From Saccostrea echinata (Eukaryota): DNA of 64,000 bases. Shown in pieces: positions 1-12,200 of the stretch. Every line of letters begins with the position of its first letter. Positions within the stretch are counted from its first letter, which is position 1. A model generated the notes under the pieces. The model worked only from the letters and a program-made list of their open reading frames with translations, searched no databases and was not told the DNA's origin. A program made the position numbers and the translations under genes. Where the stretch lies: contig NW_026889771.1 in NCBI RefSeq assembly GCF_033153115.1, positions 15,314,001 to 15,378,000 of the forward strand, given 5' to 3'.

Positions 1-3000
1 TGTCAATTGAAAGTCAAGAGGTCAAAGCCTGATACAGCCAACATCAATTGCCAAACAAATGCTCAGGAAAACATGCAATAAGTCTGAATCTTACCGTACA
101 TTCTGCTTCATGTCTGCAGTTGAATGGGAGAGGGACTATTCCTCACTTCCGGATGTTGACCGGCCTTGATCTTTCTTCCTTGTTCCTCTTCTGAGCCCCT
201 GAAAACATAAAACTGATAGAAGATTAGTAGAAATTCAAAACAATGCAGCTAAATGACAGAAATTCAAGGAAAAATATTATTACAACTAAATAAGTTGAAA
301 AAATCAGTTAGCAAACAATGACAGTTAAGTCAGGAAGAGGAATGTAGGGGAAAGGGGAGGAGGGTGGTTAGTTACGTTAGAATAGGGAGGGGGAGGGGAC
401 AAAGAAAAGAGAGAAAAGGGAAAAAGTCAAAAAATACTTCCATATTAGCTTCCATGGCTGTTGATGTGGCTCCTGGTGATGTTCCTTCTGAACTGCATCA
501 GCATCTCTACATCCTGTCAATTGAAAGTCAAGAGGTCAAAGCCTGGTAAAGCAAACATCAATTGCCAAACAAATGCTCAGGAAAACATGCAATAAGTCTG
601 AATCTTACCGTACATTCTGCTTCATGTCTGCGGTTGAATGGGAGAGGGACTATTCCTCACTTCAGGATGTTGGTTGGCCCTGGTAATCCTTCCTTGTTCC
701 TCTTCTAAGCCCCTGAAAATATACAACTGATAGAAGATTAGTAGAAATTCAAAACAATGCAGCTAAATGACAGAAATTCAAGGAAAAATATTATTACAAC
801 AAAATAAGTTGAAAAATCAGTTAGCAAACAATGACAGTTAAGTCAGGAGGAGGAATGTGGGGGAAAGGGGAGGAGGGTGGTTAGCTATGTTAGAATAGGG
901 AGGGGGAGAGGACAAAGAAAAGAGAGAGAAGGGAAAAAATCAAAAAATACTTCCATATAAGCTTCCATGGCTGTTGATGTGGCTCCTGGTGATGTTCCTT
1001 CTGAACTGCATCAGCATCTCTGCATCCTGTCAATTGAAAGTCAAGAGGTCAAAGCCTGATACAGCCAACATCAATTGCCAAACAAATGCTCAGGAAAACA
1101 TGCAATAAGTCTGAATCTTACCGTACATTCTGCTTCATGTCTGCAGTTGAATGGGAGAGGGACTATTCCTCACTTCCGGATGTTGACCGGCCTTGATCTT
1201 TCTTCCTTGTTCCTCTTCAGAGCCCCTGAAAACATAAAACTGATAGAAGATTAGTAGAAATTCAAAACAATGCAGCTAAATGACAGAAATTCAAGTAAAA
1301 ATATTATTACAACTAAATAAGTTGAAAAAATCAGTTAGCAAACAATGACAGTTAAGTCAGGAAGAGGAATGTGGGGGAAAGGGGAGGAGGGTGGTTAGTT
1401 ATGTTAGAATAGGGAGGGGGAGGGGACAAAGAAAAGAGAGAGAAGGGAAAAAGTCAAAAAATACTTCCATATTAGCTTCCATGGCTGTTGATGTGGCTCC
1501 TGGTGATGTTCCTTCTGAACTGCATCAGCATCTCTTCATCCTGTCAATTGAAAGTCAAGAGGTCAAAGCCTGGTAAAGCAAACATTAATTGCCAAACAAA
1601 TGCTCAGGAAAACATGCAATAAGTCTGAATCTTACCGTACATTCTGCTTCATGTCTGCGGTTGAATGGGAGAGGGACTATTCCTCACTTCAGGATGTTGG
1701 TTGGCCCTGGTAATCCTTCCTTGTTCCTCTTCTAAGCCCCTGAAAATATACAACTGATAGAAGATTAGTAGAAATTCAAAACAATGCAGCTAAATGACAG
1801 AAATTCAAGGAAAAATATTATTACAACTAAATAAGTTGAAAAATCAGTTAGCAAACAATGACAGTTAAGTCAGGAGGAGGAATGTGGGGGAAAGGGGAGG
1901 AGGGTGGTTAGCTATGTTAGAATAGGGAGGGGGAGAGGACAAAGAAAAGAGAGAAAAGGGAAAAAATCAAAAAATACTTCCATATAAGCTTCCATGGCTG
2001 TTGATGTGGCTCCTGGTGATGTTCCTTCTGAACTGCATCAGCATCTCTGCATCCTGTCAATTGAAAGTCAAGAGGTCAAAGCCTGATACAGCCAACATCA
2101 ATTGCCAAACAAATGCTCAGGAAAACATGCAATAAGTCTGAATCTTACCGTACATTCTGCTTCATGTCTGCAGTTGAATGGGAGAGGGACTATTCCTCAC
2201 TTCCGGATGTTGACCGGCCTTGATCTTTCTTCCTTGTTCCTCTTCTGAGCCCCTGAAAACATAAAACTGATAGAAGATTAGTAGAAATTCAAAACAATGC
2301 AGCTAAATGACAGAAATTCAAGTAAAAATATTATTACAACTAAATAAGTTGAAAAAATCAGTTAGCAAACAATGACAGTTAAGTCAGGAAGAGGAATGTA
2401 GGGGAAAGGGGAGGAGGGTGGTTAGTTATGTTAGAATAGGGAGGGGGAGGGGACAAAGAAAAGAGAGAGAAGGGAAAAAGTCAAAAAATACTTCCATATT
2501 AGCTTCCATGGCTGTTGATGTGGCTCCTGGTGATGTTCCTTCTGAACTGCATCAGCATCTCTACATCCTGTCAATTGAAAGTCAAGAGGTCAAAGCCTGG
2601 TAAAGCAAACATCAATTGCCAAACAAATGCTCAGGAAAACATGCAATAAGTCTGAATCTTACCGTACATTCTGCTTCATGTCTGCGGTTGAATGGGAGAG
2701 GGACTATTCCTCACTTCAGGATGTTGGTTGGCCCTGGTAATCCTTCCTTGTTCCTCTTCTAAGCCCCTGAAAATATACAACTGATAGAAGATTAGTAGAA
2801 ATTCAAAACAATGCAGCTAAATGACAGAAATTCAAGGAAAAATATTATTACAACTAAATAAGTTGAAAAAATCAGTTAGCAAACAATGACAGTTAAGTCA
2901 GGAAGAGGAATGTAGGGGAAAGGGGAGGAGGGTGGTTAGTTACGTTAGAATAGGGAGGGGGAGGGGACAAAGAAAAGAGAGAAAAGGGAAAAAGTCAAAA

Positions 3001-6000
3001 AATACTTCCATATTAGCTTCCATGGCTGTTGATGTGGCTCCTGGTGATGTTCCTTCTGAACTGCATCAGCATCTCTACATCCTGTCAATTGAAAGTCAAG
3101 AGGTCAAAGCCTGGTAAAGCAAACATCAATTGCCAAACAAATGCTCAGGAAAACATGCAATAAGTCTGAATCTTACCGTACATTCTGCTTCATGTCTGCG
3201 GTTGAATGGGAGAGGGACTATTCCTCACTTCAGGATGTTGGTTGGCCCTGGTAATCCTTCCTTGTTCCTCTTCTAAGCCCCTGAAAATATACAACTGATA
3301 GAAGATTAGTAGAAATTCAAAACAATGCAGCTAAATGACAAAAATTCAAGGAAAAATATTATTACAACTAAATAAGTTGAAAAAATCAGTTAGCAAACAA
3401 TGACAGTTAAGTCAGGAAGAGGAATGTAGGGGAAAGGGGAGGAGGGTGGTTAGTTATGTTAGAATAGGGAGGGGGAGGGGACAAAGAAAAGAGAGAGAAG
3501 GGAAAAAGTCAAAAAATACTTCCATATAAGCTTCCATGGCTGTTGATGTGGCTCCTGGTGATGTTCCTTCTGAACTGCATCAGCATCTCTGCATCCTGTC
3601 AATTGGAAGTCAAGAGGTCAAAGCCTGATACAGCCAACATCAATTGCCAAACAAATGCTCAGGAAAACATGCAATAAGTCTGAATCTTACCGTACATTCT
3701 GCTTCATGTCTGCAGTTGAATGGGAGAGGGACTATTCCTCACTTCCGGATGCTGACCGGCCTTGATCTTTCTTCCTTGTTCCTCTTCTGAGCCCCTGAAA
3801 ACATAAAACTGATAGAAGATTAGTAGAAATTCAAAACAATGCAGCTAAATGACAGAAATTCAAGTAAAAATATTATTACAACTAAATAAGTTGAAAAAAT
3901 CAGTTAGCAAACAATGACAGTTAAGTCAGGAAGAGGAATGTAGGGGAAAGGGGAGGAGGGTGGTTAGTTATGTTAGAATAGGGAGGGGGAGGGGACAAAG
4001 AAAAGAGAGAGAAGGGAAAAAGTCAAAAAATACTTCCATATTAGCTTCCATGGCTGTTGATGTGGCTCCTGGTGATGTTCCTTCTGAACTGCATCAGCAT
4101 CTCTACATCCTGTCAATTGAAAGTCAAGAGGTCAAAGCCTGGTAAAGCAAACATCAATTGCCAAACAAATGCTCAGGAAAACATGCAATAAGTCTGAATC
4201 TTACCGTACATTCTGCTTCATGTCTGCGGTTGAATGGGAGAGGGACTATTCCTCACTTCAGGATGTTGGTTGGCCCTGGTAATCCTTCCTTGTTCCTCTT
4301 CTAAGCCCCTGAAAATATACAACTGATAGAAGATTAGTAGAAATTCAAAACAATGCAGCTAAATGACAGAAATTCAAGGAAAAATATTATTACAACTAAA
4401 TAAGTTGAAAAAATCAGTTAGCAAACAATGACAGTTAAGTCAGGAAGAGGAATGTAGGGGAAAGGGGAGGAGGGTGGTTAGTTACGTTAGAATAGGGAGG
4501 GGGAGGGGACAAAGAAAAGAGAGAAAAGGGAAAAAGTCAAAAAATACTTCCATATTAGCTTCCATGGCTGTTGATGTGGCTCCTGGTGATGTTCCTTCTG
4601 AACTGCATCAGCATCTCTACATCCTGTCAATTGAAAGTCAAGAGGTCAAAGCCTGGTAAAGCAAACATCAATTGCCAAACAAATGCTCAGGAAAACATGC
4701 AATAAGTCTGAATCTTACCGTACATTCTGCTTCATGTCTGCGGTTGAATGGGAGAGGGACTATTCCTCACTTCAGGATGTTGGTTGGCCCTGGTAATCCT
4801 TCCTTGTTCCTCTTCTAAGCCCCTGAAAATATACAACTGATAGAAGATTAGTAGAAATTCAAAACAATGCAGCTAAATGACAGAAATTCAAGGAAAAATA
4901 TTATTACAACTAAATAAGTTGAAAAATCAGTTAGCAAACAATGACAGTTAAGTCAGGAGGAGGAATGTGGGGGAAAGGGGAGGAGGGTGGTTAGCTATGT
5001 TAGAATAGGGAGGGGGAGAGGACAAAGAAAAGAGAGAGAAGGGAAAAAATCAAAAAATACTTCCATATAAGCTTCCATGGCTGTTGATGTGGCTCCTGGT
5101 GATGTTCCTTCTGAACTGCATCAACATCTCTGCATCATGTCAATTGAAAGTCAAGAGGTCAAAGCCTGATACAGCCAACATCAATTGCCAAACAAATGCT
5201 CAGGAAAACATGCAATAAGTCTGAATCTTACCGTACATTCTGCTTCATGTCTGCAGTTGAATGGGAGAGGGACTATTCCTCACTTCCGGATGTTGACCGG
5301 CCTTGATCTTTCTTCCTTGTTCCTCTTCTGAGCCCCTGAAAACATAAAACTGATAGAAGATTAGTAGAAATTCAAAACAATGCAGCTAAATGACAGAAAT
5401 TCAAGTAAAAATATTATTACAACTAAATAAGTTGAAAAAATCAGTTAGCAAACAATGACAGTTAAGTCAGGAAGAGGAATGTAGGGGAAAGGGGAGGAGG
5501 GTGGTTAGTTATGTTAGAATAGGGAGGGGGAGGGGACAAAGAAAAGAGAGAGAAGGGAAAAAGTCAAAAAATACTTCCATATTAGCTTCCATGGCTGTTG
5601 ATGTGGCTCCTGGTGATGTTCCTTCTGAACTGCATCAGCATCTCTGCATCCTGTCAATTGAAAGTCAAGAGGTCAAAGCCTGGTAAAGCAAACATCAATT
5701 GCCAAACAAATGCTCAGGAAAACATGCAATAAGTCTGAATCTTACCGTACATTCTGCTTCATGTCTGCGGTTGAATGGGAGAGGGACTAATTCCTCACTT
5801 CAGGATGTTGGTTGGCCCTGGTAATCCTTCCTTGTTCCTCTTCTAAGCCCCTGAAAATATACAACTGATAGAAGATTAGTAGAAATTCAAAACAATGCAG
5901 CTAAATGACAGAAATTCAAGGAAAAATATTATTACAACAAAATAAGTTGAAAAATCAGTTAGCAAACAATGACAGTTAAGTCAGGAGGAGGAATGTGGGG

Positions 6001-6720
6001 GAAAGGGGAGGAGGGTGGCTAGCTATGTTAGGATAGGGAGGGGGAGAGGACAAAGAAAAGAGAGAGAAGGGAGAAAATCAAAAAATACTTCCATATAAGC
6101 TTCCATGGCTTTTGATGTGGCTCCTGGAGATGTTCCTTCTGAACTGCATCAGCATCTCTGCATCCTGTCAATTGAAAGTCAAGAGGTCAAAGCCTGGTAA
6201 AGCAAACAAATGCTCAGGAAAACATGCAACAAGTCAGAATCTTACCGTACATTCTGCTTCATGTCTGCAGTTGAATGGGAGAGGGACTATTCCTCACTTC
6301 AGGATGTTGACCGGCCTTGATCTTTCTTCCTTGTTCCTCTTCTGAGCCCCTGAAAATATACAACTGATAGACGATTAGTAGAAATTCAAAACAATGCAGC
6401 TAAATGACAGAAATTCAAGGAAAAATATTATTACAACAAAATAAGTTGAAAAATCAGTTAGCAAACAATGACAGTTAAGTCAGGAAGAGGAATGTGGGGG
6501 AAAGGGGAGGAGGGTGGTTAGTTATGTTAGAATATGCAGGGGGAGAGGACAAAGAAAAGAGAGAGAAGGAAAAAAATCAAAAAATACTTCCATATAAGCT
6601 TCCATGGCTGTTGATGTGGCTCCTGGTGATATTCCTTCTGAACTGCCTCAGCATCTCTGCGTCCTGTCAATTGAAGGTCAAGAAGTCAAGACCTGATACA
6701 GCCAACATCAACTGGCAAGC
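1..6720. repeat. Tandem array of ~514-bp units (about 13 copies, runs off the left edge) with two subtypes
   Basis: The same blocks recur every 513-514 bp (ORF-track hits at 364, 1391, 2418, 2932, 3960, 4474, 5501). Subtype X carries ccggccttgatctttc/ctgagcccc and subtype Y carries ttggccctggtaatcc/ctaagcccc. Confidence 0.97.
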
Positions 6721-7499
6721 AAAATATCACGAAAAGATGCAAGAAAGTTGGAATCATACAGTGCTGAGGAACACAAAGGCAATTCTACAAAAATTTAAAA
6801 TAGGCGCACACCCCTTTTGCATCGAAGAAAATTCCAGTGCATAAACAAATCACATCCCTGTCTCATTTCAATTCATTTGTCATACTCACAAATTACAATG
6901 TGGAGACAGAAAATTTCTTAAATAGGATGGAAATGCTCTGCTCAATAAATACCAGAGTATAGCAAAGGGCACAGCAAATGAAAACTTTTCAGGTCTTTAT
7001 AAAAACTATATCATATCAGGGCTTACTTTTAAAACAGGACCAAAATAGTTTGTATATATGCATAGATGTTCACTATACAATGTTCAAATGAACTGGAACT
7101 CAGGTGAGGCATGCTTCCAAATATTAAATTCATATATAAGGTATTAGCAAGGTAGACCCCCCACCTCGTAAAAAAATCAGATACAGTAAAGTATTTATGA
7201 ACAGAAACTACGGTACAGTACTTGTTTACCTATAAAATGTTGAAAATACATGCAAATAAAGAGTTCAAATAATTCATTTTGACATAAAATGTTACAAATA
7301 CTTGCAATGATTACAAATTAAGTAATACATTGTAGACATGAATTTATTTTATCTTAGATCTAAGGCAGATCACAGTAACTGAATATATTTATATCACAGT
7401 ATTAGAACTCTATACAGTGTAGTGTGCAATTTATAGAAGTGAAAAACTAGAAATATTTCCATAGGAATGAATGTCCCAACCAGGGTTTGTTAGTGCAAC

Positions 7500-8300
7500 A
7501 CAAAAATATGCATTAGTGTATGAAGTTTGAGTAGAATACCTAAAAAAAAGTTGTTTTTTTTTAACTGAACTTAATATTCGATAAATAGTAAAGTCAAAGG
7601 TCATTGGGAAGGTCAGGGTAAAAAAAAAATAAAGTGAGGTCAAGGTCAAAGGGAAGGCCAAGGCTAATTTTTGATGCAATTCAAAAGCATTCACCAAAAT
7701 GTTTTAGTGTATGAAGTTTGATTAAAATATCTAGACTTGTTTCTTTGAATCTTTGCTAAAATTTTTTGAAAACTTGAGAAAAGTTAGGGTCAAAGGTCAA
7801 ATTTCATCAAAAAATATTGATTAAGTCAAAAATATTTATCAACATGTATCAGCATATGAAATTTTATAAAAATATCTTAAAAGTTCTTTGAAGCTTAGCT
7901 AAAAACAAATTTTAGAAAGCTGAAATCAAGGTCAATGGAAAGTTCAAGATAAAAAAAATGTTGGAATAGTTGAATAGCTCTCATCAGTGTGTATCAGAAT
8001 ATATGGGTTTAATAAAAATATCTTTGATAGTTTTTTTTCTGAAACTAAGCTAACATACATTTTTTATGTGAGGTCAAGGTAAAAGGAAAGGTCAAGGTCA
8101 AAAAAATGTTGATGCAGTTGAATAACGCATCCATATTTGTATATGTATCAGCATATGAATTTGATAAAAATAACCTGAATAGTTTCTTTGAAATTGAGTT
8201 AATTGCAAAGTGAGATGGAAGGACAAATGGAAGGACAGAAGTTGGATATGACAAATACTATATGTCTGGGCCATATTCATGGTGAGGAATGAAAATATCA
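7500..8300. repeat. Degenerate Helentron/HINE-like element with ~150-bp internal repeats
   Basis: Recurring ggtcaaggtcaaa, gtgtatgaagtttga and gtatcagcatatgaa motifs at roughly 150-190 bp spacing. Confidence 0.5.
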
Positions 8301-8869
8301 ATGATACAGACACGGTTATATTTAATTTGTACAAAACCTCAGTTTCTTGGTTCAAGGGAAATGTATAAACAAAGCACAATCTGTCAGGGTTTTTTTTCAC
8401 TGCATCATTGTATTTTACCTGTGTCTTGGTAAATCTCTCTGCAACTATAATTGCTTCTGTTTCCAGTGATTCCGCATCTAAAAGAAATGGTTAAAATGCA
8501 CATTGCATATCAGCACTGATTTGTCATAACTTACATAAATTTATGCAAGTTAAATGCCTAGCTATACATTTTTGACAAAATATTTTGTGACGCTTAGGAG
8601 ACAGAGGGTGTCTGTCACTGAGTATCAAGAGTTTTTCATGATTAATCCCACCCTGGAATTCATCAGGGCAGCTGAGCTTCAGTTAACCCTGGGGTCTGAA
8701 GAATTTTACAACTTTGGTAGAGGATTAGCTCTTCATTATAATTATAAAATTTATCGATTTACCTTCAAAGTTTCCATAATGAAAATGGATCTGAACCCTG
8801 AACCAAGAGGCAGTGAATTTTAGAGTACAGTGTTGGTAAAGGATAGGTTTATTATGCAAACAATTTAAA

Positions 8870-9446
8870 CAGGTCTAGGGGGGTACGTTTTTAGAGGATA
8901 GGCAAAATTCCAAATGGCGGACAAATTATCGGAATCCCCATGTATGGAAAATTGAAATGCAATGTGCGATAGCTTATCCTCCGATTTTGAAGGATAACAA
9001 AGGTAATTTTCAAACTCCTTGTGCCAACCTTCAGTGGAAAAGTGCATGCACCAGAGTACATTTAAATAAAAGTTCATAAAGTATCGATTGTATGTGTAGA
9101 TCTGAGATTCTATGTCTAGATCTTTTACAATTTTTTTTTTAAGTTGGCACTTTTTGCACTCTCTTATTACAGTAAATTTCTTTTGCTTTATTATCATTTT
9201 TTCACCCTGTAATATTGGTCGGAGATTACTTTACTTTATCAATGTTATGTAGTTATCTTTTATTTTCTTTGGTTGAGATATCACTGTATGGTTTATAAAT
9301 CATTTTAAAAAAATGCAAGGATTGTTATTTGTTTGATTAAGGGTTAACTGCCCTTTGTTTTGAAAAGTCTGGTAGGTAGCAAGACCCCTATCCTCCGTTT
9401 TCTGAGGGTAAACCCTATCTTCCAAACATGGAGGTGCCTAGACCTG
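8870..9446. mobile_element. MITE with CAGGTCTAGG terminal inverted repeats and 5-bp TSD (TTAAA)
   Basis: caggtctagg at 8870 and cctagacctg ending at 9446; ttaaa on both flanks; partial subterminal match (gaggatagg / cctatcttc). Confidence 0.75.
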
Positions 9447-12200
9447 TTAAACGCTTCACGCCAAGTGAAAAGACAATTTTAAAAGGCCTAACCCTTCCCC
9501 CCCCCCCCCCCCATCTCCCAGTAATACATGCTTTCCATACTGGTAAATGACCATCTTAAGCCAACACTGAAGCCAAAACCATTGGCCTAGGAGTCATGAA
9601 TTTTATCATTTTGGTAGCAGAACTAATCTTGCCAACAGTTTGACTGCTTGGTTTCCAGCAGAAAAAATATTTTGCATTTCATTAGCCTCACTATGGATCT
9701 GGTGTCTCTACCCTTGTGTCATTAAATTAACAATTCCTGTAAACACTGGTAAAGGATTCACTGCATAATATAACCATGCCAACAAATTTCCACATTGAAG
9801 TCAAGCGGTAAAGTAGATTATTAAATATTTTCAATGTATAACATATATGCATTTTCACTACAATAGAAAAGTAACAGAGTAAATCTATTTATGTTACCCG
9901 ATTCACCCATTGGCGATAAGCAGTCTTTTTCCACAGCTGAAAAATACTTTGTCTTAAACACTATCAATTCATGCATCTGACTCCAACAAATAATTTTTCG
10001 TAGAAGACTTTATCAGAAAATTCAACAATCTCCTGTGATCGAATTTGCTGTTCGCGCCACATGTCAGAATTTCAAACTCATAATTTCGATCCCGATGCAA
10101 ATTTGACGGAATATAAACAAATAAAAAATATTAATTCCTTTGCCCCTCCAATTATAGAAAATTTCTGCAATAACCTAGAATATGTTCTGCGTCTAAACAG
10201 GATACAAATATTCATGCCTCAAGTCCGTCTTGCTATATAAGGGCCGTCACTAAGTTTCTGGGATGAGGTGCGGGGAGTATCTGAGCTAGACTTTTTTTTT
10301 TGAATGGGTACCATTTTGATGGATTCTGGTGCATTTTTAGACATTTTTTTTACATTTTAAATTAATGAAATATAGCAGTATACCTTAATTAAAACAGAAA
10401 AATGATTAGTCTATTTAGTCTCAAAAATCGTTTTTTTTTTCTAAAAGGATCAGATTGTTAACGATTTTCTTTTAAGAAACTTAACCAATTCGCAAGTATT
10501 ATTCATTAAAACGTTTACCTTAATGTTTGTTTATCTGGAGGCTCCTGTGAAACATTTTCCATACAAAATTGTATATCTGCAGCGTTAAGTTGCCTGGTAT
10601 TGTTTGTTACTGCTTTAATCAGTTAATTGCGAATTCAGTACTGAATAATGGTCAAAGACCTTGACTGAGCTCACGTGATTGAAGTACTATTCATTATCCA
10701 CTGTGGTCATTAGAGTGTAAAATAGTAAAATAAAGAGTACACAAACAAATATTTTGTTTTATATAGTGAATTTCAACTGAAATTCAGATTTACCCTCGTA
10801 TTATTATGTTTAATTTGTCGGTATTTACGCGGTAGTAGTATGTATACGTAAACGAATCTTCCAGGTATTTTAATAAATTACTTTAAAATAGGCCTACACT
10901 AAAAATTACAAAATTTATAGCCAAAGAATGACCTTAAACCTCCATAGAAAACAAGGACACATACAGTGTAGTAAATTGGTATGGAAAGTCACAGATATGA
11001 AGGAAAACGACTTGTCCTATAATTATCCCGAAATGAAACAAAACAAAACAAAACATGCGCTGATCCAGAAAGAGGTCCAGACCCCCATGGAATTTTGGAG
11101 TTATATCTGAAGAAAATTGACTCGGAAAGTGGCTTGTCCTACACTCCCATCTCCACCCCCAATTTAGTTGTTTTAGGTTTGGGCACGTTGTTTATATTTT
11201 TATATTTCCATATTTTCCAAAGAAAATTCCGGTGTATTGTTGTTATCCTGTTCCGTTCGTCCGCCACACTACCCCCTTCCTCAAACTACTCCTACATTTG
11301 ACATGTTTTAAGCAGTAACCAACCCATCCTTTGGAATGATTTGTGTTGCCCTGTACAGGTGCAAAAGGATGAGGAAATTTTCATGTTCACCCTTGGAAAT
11401 ATATTCACATTTTGGAATATTATTTCAAATGTCCTCTAGATGTGCAATAAGGTTTTGGAATTTAATTCATTTTCACCCGAAAAGGGGGGTGGGTTGCGGA
11501 ACAAAATACATTTTTCTCCTGAACTCCTCTTACATTTTTTGCAGTAGCCTATTCATTTTTTGGAATATGTGGTGTCTGTAGATGTGCACTAAGGTGTTGA
11601 AATTTTCATTTTGACACGAGGGGTGGGGGGGAGTGAGGTGTTAAAAAAAATGCGATTTTTTTTTCTACAAAAAACTTGATCCCTATACTCTTCTGATATT
11701 TTTCGTAGTACCCCATTCATAATTTGAAATATGTATTGATGACAAGTATGAAGCAAGGTAAAATTAACAAATTTTAGTAACATTTATCATCAGAGATTTT
11801 TTATACTCTAATGCTTACTGATCAGGAGAGCTAAGGACTATTAAATTTGGTTCTAAGAGGAATACTGCTCCCTACTCTTTTCATGCAAAACATAGTGAAA
11901 AATACCCAAAAAATCCCTCCAAGTATCAATGATTTTGATAACACAAAAATTGTTCTACACAAAAGAAATTAACTTCAATAACTTGAAACATTTAATGATG
12001 GTTCATAATATTTATTAAATGATCTGTACATTCAAGAGATGCAATTTCTGTATAAAGCATAAAATCCTTATGAATTTGATATCATATCCTTGGTGACACA
12101 CAATGTTGATGGTGAGATTCAAAGATGTTACAGCTGCACAAACGTCCCTAGACTTGGTGAAAATGACAAAATTGTTGATATTGATAAAAAGTCCCATATA

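Larger units (their letters stand above)
95..9976 (-). other. Putative spliced transcript (lncRNA or short-ORF gene) whose 3' part is the repeated two-exon module
   Basis: Minus-strand exon candidates with GT-AG ends: ~9976-9898 (donor GTAACA), 8477-8419 (tttttag / GTAAAA), then per unit exon A of 76 nt (e.g. 6663-6588, 513-438; ttgacag / GTATTT) and exon B of 104 nt (e.g. 6349-6246, 198-95; ttttcag / GTAAGA). Splicing the first four exons gives an 89-aa ORF with no homology I recognise. No expression data. Confidence 0.5.

Noticed and set aside
364-5686. Repeated 61-aa plus-strand ORFs (MVSYVRIGRGRG...)
   Set aside because: They start at GTG, are broken by TAA in other units, cross the low-complexity purine tract, and the splice signals point to the minus strand.
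1-6720. CRISPR array, snoRNA-host gene or selenoprotein P
   Set aside because: There are no unique spacers and the DNA is eukaryotic. I saw no box C (RTGATGA)/D pair in either intron. No SelenoP-like domain is present, and the frame containing TGC-TGA-TGC also has TAG stops.
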